From: Ptychomitrium polyphyllum
Lineage: Eukaryota
Direction: 5' to 3'
Assembly: GCA_973851085.1 (NCBI GenBank)
Contig: OZ316775.1
Location: forward strand, 5,580,001 to 5,644,000
Length of the DNA stretch: 64,000 bases
Of this stretch, positions 53,705 through 64,000 are shown piece after piece; within the stretch, counting starts at the first letter, position 1; the number at the start of each line of letters is the position of its first letter. The notes under the pieces were generated by a model. The model searched no databases. It had not been told where the DNA came from and saw only the letters and a list, made by a program, of their open reading frames with translations. The position numbers and the translations under genes were made by a program.

Positions 53705-54565
53705 TATAGTAGTGTATCAAGGCAAAATTCCATGACGTTATTAGGAATTACAAGACATATTGGAAATTTTGTTTCAGTTTGATTTGGGTGCCATTTTACT
53801 ACCTTTTTTGTGTGGAGTTCATCAACAACAAATACCTTGTGGTTGAGAGATGCTGCTTTGCTGGTGCCATTTAGTTTTCTTCCAAAATCTAATTTACACA
53901 TTTATGATCTTGTAAGGAACTTTTGTTGATTTTGTCATTTTAAACACAACTGCCTTCAAATCATTCATTTTCATTTATACTAGTCTGCTTCTTGTTTGAG
54001 AGCAGCCTTGTGTCTATTACTTATACAAAATTATAGAAGATCTAACTCAATGGCTTTAATTAATCCTTAAGCAAGGAATTTAAAGTTTTATAATATTTAT
54101 TTAAAATGGATCAATTAAATATTCCATTTGTAAGTAAAAAATTGTTAATATCAGTTAAGTATCATGATTCTTTGAAGGTCCATAGAGAAGCAACCTATGG
54201 GTTATTTTGTCACCTCAAAGTATAGGTGGAAGTTTATAAAAAATAATTAATCTCGTTTATATATTGCTTTGTAAAAAGCAATGTAAATTCCTTTAAATGG
54301 AAGAAAATATATATATGAATGGAGTCGGTACACCATGGCTTGAGGTTATTTTTTAAAGTGATAAAGGTAAATAAACAATAATATTCCAACAAATCTATGA
54401 ACCACCATAATTACCATTTTTTCTCTAATTTGAAAAGGATACATAAATATAACGGATTCCACTCTCCTCATACTAACAAATAAACACCTTACAACAAAAG
54501 TATCAAAGAAATAACATTAGAGCTAATAAAAGTAGATGCATTCCCTATAAATGTTGTGTAAGAAG

Positions 54566-55350
54566 TATTAAGGAAATAAGAAACAAGAAGGAGATACAAA
54601 AAGGTTCCCAAGAATTAGCTTCCAAAGAACTAATAATTAACAAGAATTGATATAAAGACTCAAAGAAGGGCAGTACACAATATGATCCATAACTTGTATT
54701 GGCAAGACTAAGGTATACCTTGTCTTGCCTATTATTTATACTTGTATTTCCTAAAATACTTTTGAAGAAGCTTTTCATGAAGCTTACGAATGTTCTAGAA
54801 GTTTATGGAACCTTCCTAAGAATTTTTTTAACTAGGTAGAATCTTTCAAAGAAGTTTTTCAAGGAGTTGAAATCTTCTTAAAAAGATTTGCAAAGATATA
54901 GAATGACTATAGAAGCATTGAAAGCATTCCAAAAAGCAACTACAATATATTAAAAGGTTTTAAAAGATTTCAACAACTATATTGCATGATCTATGTTTGT
55001 GACATCACCTCTTTCTTGAACAATAAATTCCACAAGAAGTTTTTGTTGTGACTTGCTCATTACATCTTCACAATTTCCAAATTTTGTCAAAAAAGAGAAA
55101 TAACACATTCTGCTTGTTGTTTTTTGTCAACTAATTCAACTAATCATTGCAAGAAACGTTAGTAACCACCAACCAAGACTTCTATTGTTGAAATGTCCCA
55201 ACCTAAGATTTGATCTTAATTAAGTTTTTAAAAACATCTTCCAAATAAAAATTTTGATCATCCAAGAATGGCTCTTTCAACTTCTAATATGATAACTAGT
55301 GCTCAAGCATTTGAATGAAGACTAAAGTGTGAAGGACAACTCGCAAATAT
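54566..55350 (-). mobile_element. 3' end of a second family-A element (LTR 55004-54566, PPT and 3' internal region)
   Basis: The LTR matches family A, and 55005-55350 is collinear with 42095-42440. Confidence 0.85.
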
Positions 55351-57195
55351 TGTTATGGACAGAATAACAACAAAGCAAAACCTCAAGACTCTAAGATGTA
55401 GGAGGAAGTATATCTAAGGTATATAAAAAGCAAAGTAAAAAACTATAACAAGGTACAAAGATAAGACTAAGAGGTCTAAATTAAACCACAAGAGATGCGT
55501 TGTTATGGTTGAAGATTACTTCAGCCTCAATTCTCAATTATAATAGGACTATAAAGCTTTAAAAACTTCTTCAGAAACTTCTAATATAATGCTTCGTACG
55601 TAAGCAACCTTGAATTGCTTCCATATAAGTTCCTTTAGCCAAGGTAATTTCCTTGGTAGTTCCTATGGCCTTCTTAAACCTTCTAAGAATATTTTTGGAT
55701 GCTTTTAATTTGTATGTCCGTGACATTACTTCTCCTTATAGCTTTGAGGTCTTCAAGAAGCATGTTGCAACAAGTGTTCAAAGATGTAGGAAACCAAAAA
55801 TTTATTGCATGGTGTTTGCAATGTACCTCAATTGTTTTTTAAGATTCAAATGATTCAACAATCCTTATAAGCATCAATAGTGTTCAACACCTTCTATTTG
55901 AGACCAAACATGACCTTCTATATCTTTGTTGTAAAAGTGTCCTTCAAATACCACTTTTGGATAGTTCTCATAAGCAAACTTTGCTTCAAAGAAAATCACC
56001 AATGATTTATTATTAGGTACCCTTTGACGTCTTCTTAGTCCAATCTAATTTTTATCTTAAAGCCGTCAATACAAGTTATTTAATTGGACTTGCACCATTG
56101 GCATGATATTTGCATCTTGATTGTCCATATCTAATATATTGAATTACTTTCAAAAAAGTATGATAAATTCAAAATATAAAAGACTAGATTCTAAATTATG
56201 TATAAAATTTTAGAAAATTATGTTTTAAAACTTGCTTTTTTCTTTGCTTAAAAATCTAAGAATCAAGAACCTTTAAGGTTATGCAACATTATCAAGCCAT
56301 TGTTCTTTGTGCTGTTACTTTTGATTTGGATGAATGTTGTTAATGGAACTCACAAATTTTTATTAGCAAATTGGCAAGATTAATAGCTTGGCTCCTATGT
56401 GCATTCATACATGTCATATCTACATTTAGCTTTTCATATTTTATTTGTAAATCAAGCACTTCATCCACTTTAAATTCATGATGATTGTCAATGTTGACTA
56501 CAAGTGATGGGACCTATCTTTGTCCAATGATAGATGGTTCCTTATAAGTTTTTAAAACTAAAATGTAGAAGATTAAATGTACATTGTATATTTTTTATAT
56601 TGTACATTGTACAATTATTGATATTGGTAGTTTTAAATAATAGATCACGTGGTTTATTTGTTTTTGAATTGCAAATGGTTCCAACTTTTTACATGGATCT
56701 TTATATTGCGTCAAAGGAGCTACACCTTCTCACCAACTTGAAATGGAGGTTGTTCATTCCTTGTTTCTTACCGACTTGAAATGGAGGTTGTTCATTCCTT
56801 GTTTCTTACCAACTTGAAATGGAGGTTGTTCATTCCTTGTTTCATTTGCTGTTGTTTTATATTGTTCTTGAGCTTCTTCTAATTGAGACTTTATGGTTGC
56901 TTGAAGCTCTACCATCCTTTCGGCAAATTCTTTTGTTGTTAGATTTTCAAATTGTGGAGGCTATAATATATCCATCTTTGGATGTTGTCCATAATTGGAG
57001 TAAAGTGGCGTTTGTTGGGTAGAAGTTTGAGTTGTGTTGTTATAAGCAAACTCAACCAATGTCAAGTAGGAAGCCTAATTACCTTGTTGGTAGTTTGATG
57101 GTATACCTTAGGTATTGCTCCAAGATTTAATTAACTCTAAAATGTACCCAATAGTTTCTAAAAACCATGACAACTTGAATTGTCTAGCTCTTTGA
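55351..57195 (-). mobile_element. 3' fragment of a chromovirus of family C (integrase, chromodomain, PPT, 3' LTR 55725-55351)
   Basis: RVN*ILEQYLR..VEFAYNNT..NYGQHP..EAQEQYK..FQVGEKV*LL*RNIK..EFKVDEVLD..T*EP. PPT AAGGAGAAGTAA precedes TGTCACGGACATAC. Confidence 0.82.
56732..56843. repeat. 38-bp tandem triplication inside the integrase remnant
   Basis: Unit ACC(A/G)ACTTGAAATGGAGGTTGTTCATTCCTTGTTTCTT starting at 56732, 56770 and 56808. Confidence 0.92.
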
Positions 57196-58282
57196 ATATC
57201 TTATTTAAGAAATTAAAGCTCCTTATTTGGCCTACCAATATAATCTTTTAATATCAATACCAATATAATCTTTTAATATCAATACAATACCAAGATTATA
57301 AATTGTGTCTCTTAGGCAAATCACAACATAATCATTTCATTCAATCATTTCAGGAATTCTCCTTTACTCAAATTACAATCTTAAATTTCATCACAAGGTT
57401 ATTTCACCACAACAATCTCCCTTTGTGATTGGTTGTTTTTTTCTGAAAACCAATAATTATTTCATGAATCATGAATCATGTTACCGGAGAGGTTTGACAA
57501 TGAGAAGGCTCTGGTGCAAATGTTTGTGCAAGAATTCTGATGCAAACCTGCCTCGAACTTGAATGGATGCATGGCCATATTGGATCACACTCCATTCGAC
57601 CACTCGGGTGTTGGTTTCAGATCACGGTCACCTACAGGTTGCAGCATCCATGCAATCGAACCTGAATCTTACAAGGGGATCGTATGTATTCATTTGCTTA
57701 GGCTGCGAATGCATTCGTTTTGTGTGAAGACCAGCTTGCAACGGAAAGGACTCTCTCCAGATCTGCAGTGTTTTAGCAAGAGATCTCGAGCTGAACTTAG
57801 ATTTACAAGAACATCAGAGAAGCCAAAGGGCGCCCATGCAAGCCTAACTCCATGCCACTGAAGACTATGACTCCAATGATATACTGTTATTGATGATCTT
57901 ATGGACTCTCGTATTAGTACTCACGAAAGCACCTCAGTTACCAAAGTTGATGCTATCACCCAGTTTTTCTGTCTCGTGACAATATCCCTGGGGTGAAGAG
58001 GTTTTGCTACAAGCTGACATTAAAAAACAAGCTGGACCGAATTTGTTCGGATTACTGTAAAAGACATTAAAGTCATTCACACCGGTTTTATTGAAGTAGT
58101 CCAGGGGGTTGGAGTTGGACTAAAACAGGGTACTTTGGACTAAAACCTCTTTTACACTAGGAAAATCCTAAGCAGGGGCACAAGGGAAGAGCTAAAGGCA
58201 AAAATTGGGAACTTTTTTACCTTTAAATCAACACTCTCTTTGTGACCACTTACCCTGAGGCTTTTAGTCCCAAGTTTGGTTC

Positions 58283-58555
58283 TCAATTGTTATCAGTAGT
58301 GCCGGGGAGTACAGCTCCATTCTCAGGCCCTGGAAACATGTGATGCGAGGTCTCAGCCAAGACCTTTTCGACTTCTCCTCTCCTAACAATAAAATCTGGC
58401 CAAAGAAAGTACACAATGGCTGCTATCACTAGAAGCCCTGTGGTATCAACAGTAGCACCACCCACGATCTTCCTCCACTCTGTGTTCTTCACGTTTAGAC
58501 TTGTATTTACCACAACAGCCCGTTGTCAAGTCACAATTACTAGATTGGCATAGTT
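58283..58555 (-). pseudogene. Duplicate of the terminal exon (Cys-rich stalk, TM, tail) of the VWA/Cache gene
   Basis: LCQSSNCDLTTGCCGK/VKNTEWRKIVGGA..GLLVIAAIVY..EKVLAETSHHMFPGPENGA parallels LCQFG..GCYGKCVKKTEWGKIIGGA..GLILVITAIVY..EKILVESQRFQFPGPENDA. Confidence 0.8.
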
Positions 58556-58805
58556 ATTCAGGGGGGATTGTAGCAATTTACAGACGTTAAGTTCAACAAA
58601 AATATTAAACTAACATATTTTTTGTGTATTTTGTTAGAAGCATCTACGATGACTTGAAATTGAATCCCAGGCTTCTTTTGCTCGTCACTTTGGATTCAAA
58701 GGAGTGGAGGCGCACAGGCCCCAGGAACTCCCCATAGGGACTAAAGGAAAATGCTAAAAATAATTGGAGGAAATTATATTGCCATCGCCAAGTTCTATTT
58801 CACCG

Positions 58806-61800
58806 TTAATACCCTGGAACTTTTAGTCCAAATTTCACACCAGTAGTTTCACCTTGCAAGACATGTGCATCATTCTCAGGTCCTGGAAATTGAAATCTCT
58901 GACTCTCAACCAAGATCTTTTCAGCTTTCATTCTCCTAAGTACACAATGGCTGTAATCACAAGAATTAGACCCATAACAGCAGCAGCAGCACCTCCTATA
59001 ATCTTGCCCCATTCTGTTTTCTTGACGCATTTACCATAACAGCCTAATTTCGAATCACCTTGTTTTTTTCCAAATTGACATAGTCCACTAGTCACAGAAG
59101 TGTCGTTAATAAGGCCTGGACACGCATCCGTCTGCAACAACCACAGCCACAATTTAGAAAAGACCAACCTCATTGAAGTAACAGTCCATGATGAGATTAC
59201 GGATACTTCACGAATACGAACTTGGCTTATACAGTTCTCTTGAAGTCACCTATTTCCACATTCCTTAGCATCACTAAGTTAAGTAATATATGGTCACTGC
59301 TCCAAACTTGCTTACACCAGAAAGGAGTAATTCTGATGAAGCATACTCTTAACTTACATGGTTGAAGCAGACACTGGTCGTAAGGTCCTTAGAAGAGTCA
59401 AAAGCTTTAGACTGTTGGGGATCTTTACCAGCAGCAGCAGCGACAAAACGTAATATTGGGAAATTCTATATTAACTTTCTCTTGAAAGATGTCAACACCC
59501 ACAACCCCCAGTAGCTCTCCATGGGGCCCAAATGCTGCACTTTAAACTGATTACTCAGAATATGAAACTGTGGTCGTGATGTGTAGACCAGATCCTGTTC
59601 CGAGATTATACAGCAGAAGTGTAATGACTATGACAGTTAGTAGTATAAGCTGAATTAGCATAGTATTACCTGCTTTACTCAGTGTCAAGGAGTTAGAATC
59701 GATTCCAAAGTAATCTCTATGTGGCGGACTATAATCAATCGGATCACTATAGAAGGCTTTCTGGATCTTGGAGTAAGAAAGGAGTAGTATGACTCTAAAG
59801 CGTAGAACGGATTGTCAACTCTGTCATCATAAATCCACTTGGAAGATGCTTTTACACCTGAGTTGCACTCGGACATTCGATATGGACTTCGGAAACTGTA
59901 CACGAAGACATTCACGCCCGAGTTCGTAAAAGTATTGAGCTCAGATAAGGTTTGGAATTGGAGGCCACTGGTGAGGACAATTACCACCTGCAGTAACAGA
60001 GTAATTCAAAACCGAAAGAGTTTCAGAACCTGTGTGACCGTCAGTTTCCCTGGAAGCGGCAAAAATGTTTTGTTGGCCCATTTATGCTAAAATTTAGAAT
60101 AGCAATTTCCTCCCCAATCTGTGGTTAGTCTAACAACTTCTGAAATAGACGAACAGAGAAGGATGGTGAAGTAGTGGACCTTCAGAGATGTTTGTGGGGA
60201 AGCTGAGTTCAATTGAGAGATTGCTGTATCGATAACACTGGTAGTGTTTAGAGCATCGGGTCCCTTTCAATGTTATTACTGAAGATACCATCTAGATTCA
60301 TTGAATTGTCGAGATAGACTTGCATTACTGAATGGTGTATCGGACGTAGCGGTCAGCAGATTTGAGGTTCTGTTTCCCTCAAAATACATGATATTGACTT
60401 AGTCGTTGTCTTCGTGCAGAGTATCAAAAATCTGAGTGCCGTATAAACCGCCCAATTTGAGAGAAGTATCATTCTTACTTGTGATAGGAATACACAATTC
60501 AAGTCAGGAGTCTACAAGTACAGTAGACCTTCGGAACAAGCGTTGATTGGATATACCTGCCAGAAGGAAACCAACGATCGTGAATGTCACATGAAACCCT
60601 TGTTCTAAAATTACTAATCAAATGTTCATTTAGAAAAGTAATTTTCATACCAAAAAATCCAGAGGTGGTTTTATGGAATCAAGCAACCACATAAAACTCA
60701 AATGTTCTGATGTTCAGCCCGACTTACCACCGTCAAACCCAAGGATCATAGTCAGAACTGGCATTGCTATTTTCATCTTGCAATTGGACATGAAACACTA
60801 ATGAGCAATTTCCATTTGCATAATCTAGAAAAGGTAAATGAATCTAATAATCTAACAGTGGACCTTCAGATATGAAAGACATATTACAAACTGATCTTTG
60901 AATGAGAGTGGATAATGAATTCATCAAACTAAGAAAACACCTAATTCAAAGGGGTTGAGTTTTCCATTAAGATTAAACGGGAACTACCGTCACCTGAACT
61001 AGAACAACCCATCAGTGCACCTGCATAATCAGGAATGGTGACAATGCGGCGGCGGCTTGTGAAATCATTGATTAAAATGAGAAAGGTTACACATTTGAAA
61101 TGAAAATCTTGTGTCACGAGAAGCTCAAAAGCATATTCTTAGCATAACATATTTATCGAATCAGTGAATCAACGATATTGTTACTGGCTGCATAATTGCT
61201 CGAGAGTACTTAAACCTAAACGACGTTGTGGCGAGTTCTCTACTTCACTCTCTAGTTTAACAATCAAGTTGAGAACACATTGTTCATCGGACGTAGGCTA
61301 GTGCGTGTCAACGGAACATATTCTTCTATCAAGTCAAAGAACGTAATAGAAAAACGATACATTAATATAGAATCAATTCAAAAGAACCAGTAAACAAGCC
61401 AGGACCAATAACGAGATTATCCGGCCAGCGATCTCAAAACAACCAGAATGCTTGTACATAACCTGTAACTACTGATTAGCTCGATTAAAGTTTGGATTGC
61501 GTTCTGCAAGTCCGTGGGTGAACCCGCATCCTGTCAGTGACCATCGTAAAATAAGAGTCGTTTTAACACTAAGATTAAATGCAGTACTTTAAGTCCCACA
61601 TAACAAAAAGTTGCATCCCAACAAACTCAAAGTAATTCGGTCCTATTACTTTGAGTACGGCCACGAATACCCTCTGTGACAGACCGCAATATTCGGCTGT
61701 GGCTGGAATTCGGTGGGATACAGAATCTTACTGATAGATGCAAGTGGACTACAATCTCTACACCAAATATTACTTTCAGCAAAGATTGACGAAGTTAGAC

Positions 61801-62870
61801 TTAGTAAGAGCTACAGATTAGAGAGCATTGAAGAGGTTGCAGAGGTGAAGACCATATTGAGCCAGTTTAACTTCAAACATACCACATAAATTCAATTCAG
61901 AAAATTGAGACCATGATCATTCATCCTATCCAAGTGCTCCCTAAAATCGATTGAGCTACTGGAACGTCGACGTGCAGATTAAATATTGCTTCAGGTGCTC
62001 TAGGTGACATTTATACAGTGTCGTGTGAGGATTCAGTGGGAAGGCAGCTGCCCTGTGCCGACTGAGACAAAATATTGGTCTTGCAAATACACATATGATT
62101 CGCATCAAAGAGTCTTCCTCCCATCCTCTCATCGCTGAGCTCAGCTGGAGATCGATCATTCCTGACGATTTTGGAACGATACCCGTTCCTCGCCAGGTTG
62201 GTTCGCAAGACATTTTCCACGAAGCAGATCCATCCATGCGGCAATGACTCCCCAACTACGAAGGAGCCGGCAAATGGTAAATGGGGGGCGGGGGGTTCAA
62301 AGCAAAGCACTTAGGGCACTCTCTAAAAAAAGAGGAGGATAATTACTTGACACACGGAGCTAAACAGACCATTTCAGAGAATGTCCAATGCTCCAATGTG
62401 ACACCCCTTAATGCGAGCAGACATACTACAACCTAACATGTTACAATATAGGAATAGGCCGAATTTAGAAATTTTAAGAGCGCCCAGTGCTGAAGCCACG
62501 AACATCGTAGAACGGACTAATCATCAGCTCCAACAATATCTGAGTCCATATGGAACCATAATTCGAATCCTGGCTCCCTGATCGAGTCCTCCAGGCTTGG
62601 CTATCTGCAATTTCCCCAATTACAATTACAGTTCAATCTTAACTTGATATGCAAAAGACCCCCTTTCATTTAACATTTGAGGGACATAATAAGAAAGATC
62701 GTATCCTTCGAATGTACACCTAAAAATTTCTTGAACGATCGATGCATCTAGAGAGGAGAAGAGCTTACCCCGTTGAAAGAATCACAGCCCGATAATACCC
62801 AACAGTACTAATGTTGTAGGACAGACAACACACCCCTCTCCATGCCCTTCTTCTCCATACGCCATTAGCC
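58806..62870 (-). pseudogene. Multi-exon pseudogene of a VWA- and dCache-domain single-pass membrane protein (alpha2delta / CACHD1-like)
   Basis: Spliced remnants: 60824-60728 ..DYDPWV*RW | 60556-60180 YIQSTLVPK/TVLVDS*..IFDTLHEDND*VNIMYF..TSVIDTAISQLN..SLK | 59987-59670 VVIVLTSG..VNVFVYSF..DNPFYALESYYSFL../SPPHRDYFGI..TLSKA | 59534- AFGPHGELLGVVGVDI..VCFNH | TDACP..LC..CYGKC..TM. Introns are GT..AG with consistent phases. The 5' exons (61.0-62.9 kb) are less certain. Confidence 0.72.
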
Positions 62871-64000
62871 TTACTGAGAATACAAAAAGGAAACACCGTT
62901 GGCCATTCCCAAGATTCTCATTGGAGAGAATCGCATCATCTTCTAATTCTTCCCACAATTTCAAGCGTCCTGGCGGAAGGGACAATCGGCTGATTAAAAT
63001 GCCTGCCTTTGTCGTGGTGACCGACACCGACTATCGTCTTCTCAGCTACCATTGCGATTAAACTGATCATCAATTGAAGAAATCAGAAATGAGGATGCAG
63101 TTCTGTTCGTAAAAGCGGAGAATAAAAGAAGCAGAGTTGCAACAAGTTTAAGCAGAAAACTATCAGCCCATGAACGTAGGCACTTAACATTATGCAGCTT
63201 GTGGCACATCTCATTCCCATCAGCCCCTAAGCCCTAAACCCTGTCACTGTCATGCATGGTGTAACAGCTGCGAGTTGCAATTGGCAAGAGGAAAGCTCTA
63301 TGACGACTCACATTGTCAAGGTTTAACAATCTCGTGTCTTGAAATACAGGCTTACGAGTGCAAGAGAGAAGAGTTGCAGGAGCCAGAAATCCTTGGAAAA
63401 CAGAGATCGCTGAATTGGTCGCCCGATGGCCCACCTAACGGACAGAAGTCATCTGCACCTTGGGCCGCACACCTCAATTCTGCCTCTCGTCCCTTATAAA
63501 ACCTTAGGTCATCTTCTATTTCTTAGCTAGTCTAAGAGGCAAGTGAGGAGTTTTGAACGTGTCACTACGGGAGGTTGACGTGATGCTCTAAACCGTACGA
63601 CTTTGAACCATAGGAATGCTGGGGTTACGTACATACACGACGTTTCTGTTTAGAGATCTGTGATATAGAATCGTTTGGGTGTCATGATTCATGTAGTGGA
63701 AGATTTCTTTCCCAATATGTTATGCCTGTCGTGCTTGTTCTATAGTTCTCTTGTGACCCGTTTAGGTTTTGCCGTGCGGCTGCTTTATCTTAAACCCCAA
63801 TCCGCCGAGCTACAACCTCCAGCGATAACTCTTCTATGTTATCGACGGCTTTTATACGCTCGTAAAGGAACGCGAGGTTATAATTCGTGTGTTCTATTAT
63901 GAGCTCATGATTCGCGCTTAAGCAACAGTCTTTCAGTGTACACTTGTTTGTGAAGCGGACAGGTCGTTATACTTATGCCCTTGAAGGTTAGGGCTGTCTC

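Noticed and set aside
56732..56843. 38-bp repeats as a CRISPR or regulatory array
   Set aside because: Head-to-tail duplication of integrase coding sequence, with no spacers.
57552..57660. Possible miRNA hairpin
   Set aside because: Only ~17 bp of imperfect outer pairing; the inner arms do not pair and I recognise no known mature miRNA.
59555..59595. ITTTVSY peptide as a Cache-domain exon
   Set aside because: It falls inside the phase-consistent intron 59669-59535, and the upstream exon already supplies the equivalent strand (TLSKA).
62560..62585. tRNA T-arm-like TTCGAATCC and miR160-like TGGCTCCCTG
   Set aside because: No cloverleaf or A-box and no full mature miRNA match or hairpin.
63222..63243. 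Telomere-like CCCTAA motifs (also ~49846-49857)
   Set aside because: Only two or three imperfect units, too few to call an interstitial telomere.

Overview
Eukaryotic, intron-containing land-plant DNA. A bryophyte (moss-like) source is inferred from the gene and transposon types, not proven. There are two intact minus-strand genes: a 7-exon formamidase (19892-22065) and a 2-exon LRR receptor-like kinase (27498-30574). Three decayed genes are not evident from the ORF track: an aldo-keto reductase pseudogene (17473-18739), an LRR (NLR-like) fragment (~52150-53050), and a multi-exon pseudogene of a single-pass VWA/dCache membrane protein of alpha2delta/CACHD1 type with a duplicated last exon (~58283-62870). 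The interval 37-57 kb is a nested retrotransposon island. It holds a decayed Ty3/Gypsy chromovirus with solo LTRs of its own family inserted in it, a second LTR family inserted antiparallel into itself (a ~2.3 kb inverted-repeat structure), a truncated Ty1/Copia 5' end with a half-tRNA-iMet primer site, and the 3' end of another chromovirus. A hAT transposase remnant lies at ~24.8-25.4 kb. Regions 1-5 kb and 9.5-17 kb look partly like decayed exons, but I could not identify them. All alignments and translations were done by eye.
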